From positions 4,288,199 to 4,320,198 of the forward strand of contig NZ_CP080507.1 of assembly GCF_019464535.1 (NCBI RefSeq): DNA of 32,000 nt. The letters are read 5' to 3'. Source of the stretch: Horticoccus luteus (lineage in GTDB: Bacteria; Verrucomicrobiota; Verrucomicrobiia; Opitutales; Opitutaceae). The stretch's first letter is position 1, and the number at the start of each line of letters is the position of its first letter. The notes below the pieces were generated by a model that did not search any database, was not told where the DNA came from, and saw nothing but the letters and a program-made list of their open reading frames with translations. Of the stretch, positions 12,001 to 19,300 are shown one piece after another. Both the position numbers and the translations under genes were made by a program.

Positions 12001-13191
12001 ACGAGCGGCGCCCAAGGCAACCTCACGGCCCGCACCGGCGGCGACCTCACCATCGACGCGAACCTCACGATCGGCATTAGCGGCACGCTGACCCTCACCG
12101 CCGACACCGACGGGGACAACCACGGGGCCGTCCGCATCGCCCAAAACGCCGTCAGCGTCCTGCAAGTCGCCCAAGGCGGCATCGTCCTCCAAGGCGAAGC
12201 GATCCAGATCGGCACCGCGACCAACCGCGCCGAACTGCTCGCCCTCCAAGGCGCGATCACCCTCACCGTCGACCTGAACGCCAACGGCCAGGGCACGCTG
12301 ACCCTCGCCAACGATAACACCCAGTTGAAAGCGGGCACGGACCTCTTGATTACGACCGGCGGCACCGCGCCCGTCACCGGCACGCTGACCCTCCGCGGCC
12401 AGTTGCAGGCCCTGGGCAGGATCACCGTCCGCAGCGCCGCCGACGTGGTCGCGCAAAACCTCCTCCTGACCGCCCTGGGCGCCATCAGCCTTACCTCCGC
12501 CGGCAACGTGACCCTGCAAAGCACGATCCTGCAAACGCCCGCCGGCGCGCTCACCCTGAGCGCGGACTCCGACCACAACGGCACGGGCGACCTCACCCTG
12601 GGGGCCGCCGCGCCGGTGCTCGTCACCGCGCAACTCGACCTCGTCCTCGGCGGCGAAAACGTCACCATCGGCGGCCTGGGCGCCAACTTCGGCCGCGTGA
12701 ACTCCCTCGCCGGCGCCGTGAGCATCTTCGCCAACTACAACCGCGACACCACGGGCCGCTTCATGCTGATCCAGGCCCTCTCCGAAGTGAACGCCGCCAC
12801 CACCCTGCAGGTCGGCGACCTGCTCTTCGGCGCCGGCACGCCCGTGGAAATCATCCTCAATGAAGGCGCCCTGCGCTCCAAAGGCACGCTCTTGGTGCAG
12901 ACGACCGGCAACCTCGCGATCGGCATCGGCACCATCGCCGGCCAGGCCAACGTCGAGTTCTCGGCCTACGGCGACATCACCGTCACCCAGGGCTCCCTCC
13001 TGTCCTCCGGCAACCGCCTGGCCCTCATGGCCGACTTCGAACGCGACAACCACGGCACCCTCACCATCGCCGCCAACGTCTCCCTCTCCGTCCCCAACGG
13101 CAACCTCCTCCTCTTCGGCTACGACGTCCTCCTCGACCCCTCCGCCAAAACCTCCGCCGCCACCTTCACCCTCACCCGCTGGAAAGGGTAA
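1..13191 (+). CDS. Giant beta-strand-repeat (parallel beta-helix/fibre-like) surface or secreted protein; 5' end outside window (4396 codons plus stop visible)
   Basis: Phase-1 frame has no stop from nt 1 (acc ggc ctc gcc acc ttg...) to TAA 13189-13191. The track's 'M' at 16 is only an internal TTG, so the real start is upstream of the window. Third codon positions are strongly G/C-biased (Asn almost always aac). A 22-24 aa periodicity recurs, e.g. SGSGDITLLGATNLTFNATADVKT / SGGDVNLVATAGAIHFADNAQIAT / SGGNVRLLAATDITLGGLQAGT. The composition is Ala/Thr/Gly-rich and I saw no Cys in the translation. All competing frames are repeatedly interrupted by stops. Confidence 0.9.
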   Translation, partial: TGLATLTAKSGIGDVGAADLNTALGSLTASNSTTGRIVINEVDALTIAAPGISNTAGTAIIVTTAAGTLTVNGAVNVSAAGRVLLQAGGVGSDLFTTAAISSGTGAITLLAARDLNVAANIATVGGSIDLEATAGSLAIADGAALTTSGGNLRAFAHLSLAVTGINVGAGGATLTAVTGQITDAGDSLIDVVASLLRLSAATGIGAVDAIDVSAGTLAAATTSGALRLNESDDVTIGTVAVISVSRVTTAAGVTPLADSAATSDLVAGNGGDIALTSLAGSITLTDGVNADATAVHSDTGSITITAANNVLQNANVYTAAAGTISVTATTGSITMADGTKAQTVTGEITYLAGVNVALSLLTSTTGALNVTATAGAITDHTAAETANLSSAALATLVAGTGIGAANAADIDTTIDSLQATVTTSGGIFIQETSVLVLTGTGVQTQAGTGAISILITDGNLTVAAPVQAYAGNVRLEAAGTTLANSDLLVNAAVGSGGGNLSLVARHDVIFASAGNVTVSAAPGTIDVWAREGKLQQAADLILATDGANIRLTAATSIIAGVIDARTNADRLGGTLTQQAAWGSLALSAGSGSITDAKARGEAGINLYGSSARLSAATDIGVLGAGVDNALDTELVTVAAETTTAGSINLADASDLTVDTVAIIYVNRVAADGTASVIGTTALSDLTTTGNGAIVVTAAGDLTLNDGFANNTAVSANGTGNVYVSAANVTANADILSGSGDITLLGTTNLTFNTTADVKTSGGDVNLVAAAGAILFADNAQVATSNGNVRLLAATDITLGGIQAGTGSVTLTAIAGSILDGGDTYQDISASAARLVAGTGIGTSTNPLEVGLDTLAASAGSAGISLVEDNALTVTNVSITVRSVATDASSAALAAETLSDLTTTANGSIALTIIAGDLTLNDGFANNTAVSANGSGNVYFSAANVTANADILSGSGDITLLGATNLAFNATADVKTTGGDVNLVAGVGAILFADNAQIATSGGNVRLLAATDITLGGLQAGTGSVTLTATAGSILDGGDTYQDISASAARLVAGTGIGTSTNPLEVSLDTLAASAGSAGISLLEDNALTITNVSVTVRAVAADFTSTALAAETLSDLTTTANGSIALTIIAGDLTLNDGFVNNTAVSANGTGNIYFSAANLTANADILSGSGDITLLGATNLTFTTTADVKTTGGDVNLVAAAGAIHFADNAQVATSNGNVRLLAATDITLGGIQAGTGSVTLTATAGSILDGGDTYQDISASAARLVAGTGIGTATNPLEVGLDTLAASAGSAGISLLEDNALTITNVSVTVRAVAADFTSTALTAETLSDLTTTANGSIALTIIAGDLTLNDGFVNNTAVSANGTGNVYFSAANLTANADILSGSGDITLLGATNLTFNTTADIKTTGGDVNLVATAGAIHFADNAQIATSGGNVRFLAATDITLGGIQAGTGSVTLTATAGSILDGGDTYQDISASAARLVAGTGIGTATNPLEVGLDTLAASAGSAGISLLEDNALTITNVSITVRAVAADFISTALTAETLSDLVTTANGSIALTIIAGDLTLNDGFANNTAVSANGSGNVYVSAANVTANADILSGSGDITLLGATNLTFNPTADVKTSGGDVNLVATAGAIHFADNAQIATSGGNVRLLAASDITLGGLQAGTGSVTLTAIAGSILDGGDTYQDISASAARLVAGTGIGTATNPLEVGLDTLAASAGSAGISLLEDNALTITNVSVTVRSVATDASSAALAAETLSDLTTTANGSIALTIIAGDLTLNDGFANNTAVSANGSGNVYFSAANVTANADILSGSGDITLLGATNLAFNATADVKTTGGDVNLVAGVGAILFADNAQIATSGGNVRLLAATDITLGGLQAGTGSVTLTATAGSILDGGDTYQDISASAARLVAGTGIGTATNPLEVGLDTLAASAGSAGISLLEDNALTITNVSVTVRAVAADFTSTALTAETLSDLVTTANGSIALTIIAGDLTLNDGFVNNTAVSANGTGNVYFSAANVTANADILSGSGDITLLGATNLTFTTTADVKTTGGDVNLVAAAGAIHFADNAQVATSNGNVRLLAATDITLGGLQAGTGSVTLTATAGSILDGGDTYQDISASAARLVAGTGIGTSTNPLEVGLDTLAASAGSAGISLLEDNALTITNVSVTVRAVAADFTSTALAAETLSDLTTTANGSIALTIIAGDLTLNDGFANNTAVSANGSGNVYFSAANVTANADILSGSGDITLLGATNLTFNATADIKTSGGDVNLVATAGAIHFADNAQIATSGGNVRLLAATDITLGGLQAGTGSVTLTATAGSILDGGDTYQDISASAARLVAGTGIGTATNPLEVGLDTLAASAGSAGISLLEDNALTIANVSVTVRAVAADFTSTALTAETLSDLTTTANGSIALTIIGGDLTLNDGFANNTAVSANGSGNVYFSAANLTANADILSGSGDITLLGATNLTFNATADVKTSGGDVNLVASAGAIHFADNAQVATSNGNVRLLAATDITLGGIQAGTGSVTLTATAGSILDGGDTYQDISASAARLVAGTGIGTSTNPLEVGLDTLAASAGSAGISLLEDNALKITNVSVTVRAVAADVTSTALAAETLSDLTTTANGSIALTIIAGDLTLNDGFVNNTAVSANGSGNVYFSAANVTANADILSGSGDITLLGATNLTFNATADIKTTGGDVNLVATAGAIHFADNAQIATSGGNVRLLAATDITLGGIQAGTGSVTLTATAGSILDGGDTYQDISASAARLVAGTGIGTSTNPLEVGLDTLAASAGSAGISLLEDNALTITNVSVTVRAVAADFTSAALAAETLSDLVTTANGSIALTIIAGDLTLNDGFVNNTAVSANGSGNVYFSAANLTANADILSGSGDITLLGATNLTFNATADVKTTGGDVNLVASAGAIHFADNAQVATSGGNVRLLAATDITLGGLQAGTGSVTLTATAGSILDGGDTYQDISASAARLVAGTGIGTSTNPLEVGLDTLAASAGSAGISLLEDNALTITNVSVTVRAVAADFTSAALTAETLSDLTTTANGSIALRTLNGTLTLNDGGNANHTAVSAAGTGRILLSAGGATSDLLLNADVISATGAITLLAGHDLTTAATVAVQTAGDLDLEATTGALTLAATSTLTTTAGSLRLLAGADVRLAQVRATTGRILIRSGASILDNTAGTAAANLTATAVRLEAGTGAGTAATPLTLATALLAGTAGSGGLNILNATALTIDTVTFALAKVNANFTTTTVTEPSLADLTTTANGAITLRTANGTLTLNDGADADGLALSAAGTGAITLLPGGAASNLQVNAGVRSGTGPILLDAPAAITLSSAATIATTGGTLTLHTATGAITMDSGSRLASAGGLLTVTAAQRLAVSIIDAGTGAMVLTTGADLTDNLATEAPNLLGAAATLRSVGSLGTAANNLNTTLGTLDAAISGPGTLVLADTGNLTVTATTTDGAITLTTAGTLTATALTAGGTADITLTAGADLLVGTVLAENDTITATAAGRLERASTGTQFTAALLTLQAGTGIGTLDPVVVAVPTLSATSTTGDIRLRNLLTTDVTVTHLATGTGAIAYSQAGGTLLVTDATTQDGDIALSLDQGNLHVVNVDAGGTGDISLTVIGTGKVKYDTAHAGGGDLNISTSGAVTLDEDLVTHGENLHFTGNVVLPRDTLITTFGGDVTFDQTIDGAYALTIDAGSGDVSFAQALGAQTPLTQLTITTTGALTFAATVTVQGDLVLGSGSLTLTGGPGSIHTLNHGQFIAAPATNVATIGLGNVPTPSAYAYLLSQTSLEALAPGFSQVVLGRADSSARIDLGTVTLVNPTLIRSPQATGTIVLLANQTLTVTGANPLTLQAGPGTGAFTQETGAKLLAGTGLVTITADLLNLQGAAGSITGTGRLILQPASLTQPITVGQAGGFDLLAPEIAVPAAFTEVQIGRTDGAHAIDVYQSTFGTAVLFSAPAAAGTLTVHGAVRTSGAQGNLTARTGGDLTIDANLTIGISGTLTLTADTDGDNHGAVRIAQNAVSVLQVAQGGIVLQGEAIQIGTATNRAELLALQGAITLTVDLNANGQGTLTLANDNTQLKAGTDLLITTGGTAPVTGTLTLRGQLQALGRITVRSAADVVAQNLLLTALGAISLTSAGNVTLQSTILQTPAGALTLSADSDHNGTGDLTLGAAAPVLVTAQLDLVLGGENVTIGGLGANFGRVNSLAGAVSIFANYNRDTTGRFMLIQALSEVNAATTLQVGDLLFGAGTPVEIILNEGALRSKGTLLVQTTGNLAIGIGTIAGQANVEFSAYGDITVTQGSLLSSGNRLALMADFERDNHGTLTIAANVSLSVPNGNLLLFGYDVLLDPSAKTSAATFTLTRWKG
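1663..13134 (+). repeat. Copy A of an 11,472-bp direct repeat (segmental duplication or gene-conversion tract) shared by the two giant genes
   Basis: Matches 20529-32000 at a constant offset of 18,866 bp. Every antisense or off-frame track ORF in this span recurs at +18,866 with an identical translation, e.g. 2163..2468=21029..21334, 3067..4284=21933..23150, 5659..8238=24525..27104, 9258..10799=28124..29665, 11922..12734=30788..31600. Together these cover several reading frames. Lines compared by hand at about 2100, 1663-1700 and 13081-13134 are identical. The right end is set by the window edge, not by divergence. Confidence 0.95.
2044..9205 (+). repeat. In-frame tandem array, 648-bp (216-aa) unit, about 11 copies (10 full units plus partial flanks), inside gene 1
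   Basis: The 'GDTYQD' unit starts (gac) fall at 2464, 3112, 3760, 4408, 5056, 5704, 6352, 7000, 7648, 8296 and 8944, exactly 648 nt apart. Antisense track ORFs recur at the same period (2163, 2811, 3459 ... 8643). Units differ by scattered substitutions, many of them synonymous (gacacg/gacacc/gacact tat caa gac). The left flank unit (about 1816-2463) matches the consensus only from about 2044. The last unit diverges after about 9205 (SIAL|RTLNGTLTLNDGGNANH). Confidence 0.95.
12091..13188 (+). repeat. C-terminal repeat of about 155 aa (462-468 nt), about 2.4 copies, with Asp/Asn-rich loops; ends gene 1 (its image starts at 30957 and runs off the window end in gene 2)
   Basis: The loops LTLTADTDGDNHG (ADTDGDNHG = 12100-12126), LTLSADSDHNGTGD (12562-12591) and LALMADFERDNHG (12100+930 = 13030-13056) are spaced 462 and 468 nt apart. 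Secondary loops DLNANGQG (12271-12294) and ANYNRDTTG (12730-12756) keep the same phase. The third copy is cut short by the stop codon. Confidence 0.7.
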
Positions 13192-13316
13192 GGAAAAGAG
13201 CACTACAAATTTCACCCGCGATTTTCGCAATGCGTTTGAAACAAGAAATTCCCGACCTCCGTCTCCAAATAGGAGTTGAACTCCCCTAGCGGGTTCTCCT
13301 GTTTTCACATCCTCGA
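13192..13316 (+). promoter_or_regulatory. Only intergenic spacer in the window; presumed to hold the promoter and translation-initiation region of gene 2 (no specific element called)
   Basis: These 125 nt lie between the TAA of gene 1 and TTG 13317 and are visibly AT-richer (59 G+C of 125 by hand count). It contains TTGAAA at 13236-13241 but no convincing -10 hexamer at proper spacing. An AGGAG at 13271-13275 is too far (about 40 nt) from TTG 13317 to serve as its Shine-Dalgarno sequence. There is no convincing intrinsic terminator, so co-transcription with gene 1 cannot be excluded. Confidence 0.3.
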
Positions 13317-16300
13317 TTGAACCAGCGTAAGCCACATCGCGCAGCCCGCACCCCGGCGTTTCTCATCGAGCCGTTGGAGGAACGCGTGCTTCTGTCAGCC
13401 ACTCCGGTGGCGGGGCTTCCGCTCGGGCATGCGCACCTTCATCCGGTGGTGGTGGAAACGGCGCCCGCCGCCTTGCCGGCGCTCGCGAATGCCGCGGCGC
13501 ATGCGACAGCCACCGGCGGCTTGTTTGATCAGGTTGAGCTGAGCGCCATTCCGGCAGCGGCGGTGCAAACGCCGGCGGTCCAGATCGAGCAAGGAGCCAC
13601 GGCGGAATTTGGCCAGCCCGGTACCGACGGCCGCGGCAATGCGAGCAGCGAAGTGAATCTTTCGCAGGCCGACTTGGATGCGGCCGGCGCGGCCGGTCCC
13701 TTGGTGTTAGGCGGCGAAACGTTGCAGGACTTGCTGATCATTGGTCAGAACGGTCAACAAGCGGTCCATCTGCCCGTGACGACGTTGCGCGGCACCCAGA
13801 TCGTTTTCCAATCGCCGACCTTCGCCCAGAGCCTGACCATCATCGGGGATGGTTCGACCGTTGACCTCACGACCAATCTCACCAGCGCGACGGATGTGGT
13901 GATCAACGATTCCGTGAAGGTCACCGGCGATCGCAGCATCACGGCCCAAGCCGGCCAGGTGCGCATCGCCGCGCCCGGCACGATTTACGGCGATGGTGAC
14001 CTCGCGCCGGACAGTCTCACCTTGTCGGCTACGACGGATGTTTTGATCGATGGTGCCATTGGCGCCGCGGCGGGGTTGCAAAACCTGACGATCAATTCCG
14101 GTGGCAATGTGACGCTCAACGGTGCGGTCACGCTCGGTGGCAACCTCACGGTCAACACCGGCCAGGCAGTGGTGTTCAACGGCGCGCTGACGATCACCGG
14201 CGACCTCACGCTCGATAACGTCCAGAGCGTGACGTTCAACGGTCCCGTGACGGTGACGGGCAAGGTCGTCATCAACAAAGCGACTTCGGTCAACTTCAAC
14301 GGCAACGTCGCTGTGGGCGGCAATGTCACCGTCGGCAGCTCCAGCGCGTATGCGAATATCGGAGCCGTCGTCTTCACGACCTCGGCCCGCCTCGACTTCG
14401 GTGGCGCCGCGTCGTTCTACAGCTCGGGCGCCATCACCTTCGGCAACGCGATCGGCCGCAGCCTGACGTTGACGCCGCAAAGCCTGACGCTCGGGTCAAA
14501 CGACGCGATCACGTTCGCTTCCGCCGCCGAAGTGAAGCTCGGCACCGCGCCGCTTTCGATCGTCGCCGGCACCACCGTCTCCTTCGGCAACAACGTCGTC
14601 GCCGGCGCGCTTTCCGTCAGCCCGGTGTCCGGCAATATTGATTTTCAAGGCACCACGCAGGTTAATTCGCTGACCTTGGTCACCACCGGCGCCAGTGCGC
14701 TCGCGCGCCTCAACTTCCTCGAAGTCGGGTCGGGCGATGCCGTGATCACGGCCAATCAAATCGATTTCATCGGCACGGTGACGGATACGGGCGCCGCCTC
14801 GAACCTCACGCTCAAGCCTTACACGACCGGCCGCGCGATCGCGATCGGCAGCAGCATCCTCAGCACGCCTGGCTACACGATCCCTCTTTTCAGCAACCGC
14901 CTCGATCTCAGCGGCAATGACATGCTCGCGATCCAAGCCGGCTTCGCATCGGTCAACATCGGCGATGCGGCCGCCGGGACTGGCATTGTTTATCTGGGAT
15001 TCATGGGCACCCAGTTGTCGGGCGTTTCCGCGGAATATCTCAACCGCACCCAGATTTACGGCGGCACCATCGTCGTGACCCAGCCGATGGATATTGGCGC
15101 GACCGTCGATTATTTCCGCTTGGTGGCGCGCACGGGCGATGTCGTCATCAACGCGCTCGTCGGCTACGCGCAGAATGGCTCGCTCTCAGAACGCAGCCCT
15201 TGGCTCCGCTTTGAGGCCGCAGCCAATGTCGTCATCAACCAGCCCATTTACGCGACCGACCGGATCTCCTTGTCGGCGGGCATGAACTCCGCCGGCTTCG
15301 TCGGCTCGGGAAGCGGGTCGGTCACCGTGGCCGCGACGGGCAGCGTGATGACCTCAAACGCCGCCGGCCCCAACAAACGCATCGAGCTCTCCGCCGGCCC
15401 GCTGGGCGGCGATATCCTGTTGTTTGGCGCCTCCGCGGAAGCGACCATCCTCAGCACCGCTGGCTCCAGCTCTGAGATCGCCCTTTACGCGAAGGCCGGC
15501 GCCGTCACGCAATCGTCTGGTCGAATCGTGGGCGATCGCCTGGCGATGCAAAGCGCGAACAACATCACCGTTCGCACCAATGTCGGCAGCCTCACAGCAA
15601 TGACCATCAATGGCGCCGTGCTCCCCGCCGGTGCGGATCAGGCGATCAACGGCGTGCTCATCACCGGTGCCGGCACGTTTACGCAGACCGAGGTTAACAA
15701 TCTCGCCGTCGACCAAGTCACCACCAACGGCGGTGCCGTCGCGATCACCACCGAGTCGGGTGGGGCGGGCAACATCGTCGTTAACAACATCAACACCGTC
15801 AGCGGCGCCATCACACTGACCGCCGACGGTGCCATCACTGATTCCACCCCAGCGTCGGACGCGAGCGTCAACCTCCAGACCACCGGCCTGCTGACGGCGA
15901 CAGCGAAGAACGGTATCGGCGCAGCCGGCCTTGCGGATCTCGACGTGACTATCGGTTCGTTGCAGGCCACCAATTCCGTTTCCGGCGGCATCTACCTCGC
16001 CAACCAAGGCAATGCCGGCACCACCATCACGGGCACCGGCGTCCGCACAACCGGCGGCAATGGCCCGATCAGCGTGACAGTGACGACCGGCAACCTGACG
16101 ATTTCGGCTCCAGTTGCCGCCGACGGATCCGGTTCGGTGCAGTTAATCACCGCTGGTGCGTCCGGCAGCATCACTTCTTCGGCCGCCACGTCTTCCGCGA
16201 CCGGCCCGATTCTCCTGCAGTCGGTCAATAACATCACGCTCAACAGCGGCGGCACGGTCGCGACGGGCGGCGCCGGCACGATCGACCTTGAAGCGCAAAA

Positions 16301-19300
16301 CGGCTCCATTGCACTCAGCGCTGCAGCCACCGCGTCCGGCTCCGGCAACATTCGCTTCAACGCGGTCAATGCCGGCAATACCGCTAACATCATTCTTTCC
16401 GCCGCCGTCGCCACGAGCACCGGCAGCATCACGATCCTCGCTACTAATAGTGTTACGCAGAATTCCGGCGCCAATCTCACGAGCATCGGCTCGGGTAGTA
16501 CCGGGACCATCGACGTCGAAGCCACTACCGGATCCATCACCATGGCGGCCAATGCGCTCACGGCGACGACGGGCGGAAACATCCGCTACAAGGCCAACGT
16601 CGATGCGACGCTCGGCGTGCTTGATGCCCGCACCAATGCGGATCGCGCTGGTTCGACCTTGATCGACCAAGCCGCCATTTGGGGCTCCGTGAGCGTGCTC
16701 GCGGTGACAGGTCAGATCGTCGACGCCAAAACCGCCGTCGCGACTGAGCCGAACATTTACGCCCGCGGCATCCGCCTCAATGCGAACACCCGCATCGGAA
16801 TCGACGGCGCGAGCGCGAATCCGCTGGAAATTGAAGGCGCCGTGCTTTCGGCCTACGCCGCCGGCACTTCGACCAGCGGCATCAATCTTCTCGAGAGCAC
16901 GGACATCACGGTCGACACCGTGGCAGTATCCGTCAACCGCGTCGCCGCCGATCTGTCGGCCAGCGTTGCACCAGCGACGACCGACGCCGCTCAAAGCGAC
17001 CTCATCACCGCGGCGAACAACGGCCACATCCTCCTCCTCACGCTCGACGGCAGCATCACCGTCAACGCCGGCACGGCTCCCGCGGGTGGCATCGGTGTGA
17101 GCGCCAATGGTGCGGGCAACGTCCTCCTTGCGGCGGGCCAAACCGGCGCGACGGCTCGCGATGTTTCGCTCAACGCCGCTGTGCAAAGCGCGACCGGCAA
17201 CCTGTCGGTGATCGCCGCCGGCAGCGTTAATCAGAATCTCGTCAGCGCGACCGTGAAGGGCGACCTGGTGACCGCCGGCACCGGCACAATCGACGTGCAG
17301 GCGACCACTGGCTCGATCGTAATGGCCGTGAATGGCGCCGACACCACCCTCGCCCAGACTGTGGGCCAGAACATCCGCTACTCCGCCGGCGACAGCGTGA
17401 TGCTGGCGCGACTCGACGCCCGCGACGCCACGAATCGCGCCGATGCGCTGTTGACCAATCAGGCCGCAGGGTGGGGCGACATCAGTGTCACGGCCGGCAC
17501 GGTCGTCTCCACGGGCGGCATAACCGATGCCAAAGTGGCGGGCGATGCTGCTGTTAACCTTTACGCGAACAACCTCCGGCTTACGGCTGCGGCCAATGTT
17601 GGCACCTTGGGCGCCGGGACCAGCAATGCTCTCGAAACCGAAGTCGCCAATCTGGCGGCCCGCGGCGCGGCAGGCGGCATCAACCTTTTGGACAATTCCG
17701 ACGTCACCGTTGGCACCATCGGGCAGGTGCCCGCGGCCCGCGTTGCTGCCACCGGCATCACGTCGACACAGCAGGACGCCGCCGGGCTTTCCGATCTCGC
17801 GACCACCGGCGGCGACGGATCAATCGTTCTTCGCACGGTCGACGGCTCGATCACGCTCACCGACGGCATCGCGCCCGCGGATGTCACGGCGGTTTCCGCC
17901 GCCGGCACAGGTAACATCTTGATCGAAGCGCAGGGCGCTGGTCGCGATGTGATCGCCAACGCCGCCGTGAAGTCCGTCGCGGGCAACATCACTCTGAAGG
18001 CCCGCCACACCGTTGCACTGAATGCCAACGGCCACCTCGAAACCGGTTCCGCCGCCGGCATCGCCGGCACGATCAATGTCGAGTCCGTTGACCTGGATAT
18101 CGACATGGCAGCAGGCGTTCATGCGCAGACCGATGGCGGCAACGTCCGCCTCCACGCCGGCCGTCACGTTGTCCTCGGCGTGGTCGACGCCCGGATCGCT
18201 TCCGATCGGACCGGCGCCACGTTGACGCTGCAGAACGACGCGACCACGCCTTGGGGCGATGTCTCCGTCACCGCCGGTGCCACCGACGCAGCCGGCTACA
18301 TCACCGATGCCGATGCATTGAATGATACCGCCGTGAATGTTTTCGCGCGCGGCTTGCGCCTCATGGCGGCCACGCGGATTGGTGAAAGCACCGGCGTCGG
18401 TGCAGGTTACAACCCGGTCGAAACCGAAGTCGCCGTCCTCTCTGCGCTCGCCGCCAACGGCAACATCATGCTCATCGAAAGCACCGACGTCACGATCGGT
18501 GCCGTCGCTGTGAGCGTCAACGCGGTGGCGGTCGATGGCGTCGCGGCCACGCTCGCGGACGCCAGTCAAGCCGACCTCACGACAACCGGCGGCAACGGCT
18601 CGATCATCCTGTTGACCAACAACGGCAACCTTACGCTGACCGACGGGGATGCGAACAACGTCGCGATCAGCGCCAACGGTAGCGGCAACATCTATCTCGA
18701 CGCGGGGGTGGCGGGAGGCGCATCGGTGGGCGGAATCTCGCTTCTCGCCAACGCCGCCGTCCAAACCGCCAGCGGCAGCATTCTGCTGATCTCCCACGTG
18801 ACGGACATCAGTTTTGCCGCCGCCGCCAACCTCATCGTTTCCGCCAGCCCCGGGGGCGTGGCGGGTTCCATTGTCGTCGCCGCGCAAAGGTCCGTTTTGA
18901 TGGACCCGGCTGCTACCTTCCAAACCAACGCGGCCAACATTGCGGTATACTCTTACACTGGCGACATTGTGACCGGCTTGGTTGACGCGCGCACCAACGC
19001 CGACCGGCTGGGCGGCACGTTGTCCGATCAGGCCACTTGGGGGCAGATCGTGCTCGATACGACCGCGATCGGCGCCACCACCGGTTCGATTCGCGATGCC
19101 AAGTCCGACGCCGCGAGCACGACGGTCAATCTTTACGCCTCCGCCGCCCGGCTGCGCGCAGGCAACGCCATCGGTGCCCTCGGGGTCGGCACTGACAACG
19201 CCCTCGAAACCGAGGTCATCACCCTCGCCGCCCAAACCATCGGCGGCGGCGGTGGTGGCATCAACCTGCGCGATCTCACTTCCGTGACGGTGGGCTTGGT

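Noticed and set aside
12900-13191. Known C-terminal sorting or secretion signals (RTX nonapeptides, LPXTG, PEP-CTERM, autotransporter barrel terminus, lipobox).
   Set aside because: None of the diagnostic motifs is visible in the translated C-terminus (...DPSAKTSAATFTLTRWKG*). Without HMM searches I cannot exclude a divergent or unfamiliar domain.
13272-13284. Small hairpin (ggagt-tga-actcc) after gene 1 as a rho-independent terminator.
   Set aside because: It has only a 5-bp stem and a 3-nt loop, is not GC-rich, and has no adjacent U-tract (the nearest tgtttt is about 17 nt away). That is too weak to call.
13230-13289. ATG 13230 as the true start of gene 2.
   Set aside because: An in-frame TAG at 13287-13289 terminates it after 19 codons. 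It is kept only as a possible leader ORF or sequencing-error caveat.
8251-13335. Very long antisense ORFs: 1694 aa here, and also 27117..31919, 5659..8238 / 24525..27104, 3067..4284 / 21933..23150, 17820..19580, 16143..17186, 20292..21341 and 13707..14480.
   Set aside because: They are shadow ORFs of a high-GC sense frame. Their translations are low-complexity G/R/E/D/A/V strings with no structure-like periodicity. They are broken by stops while the + strand frames run 13.2 kb and 18.7 kb uninterrupted. Their starts and ends simply track the 648-bp sense repeat.
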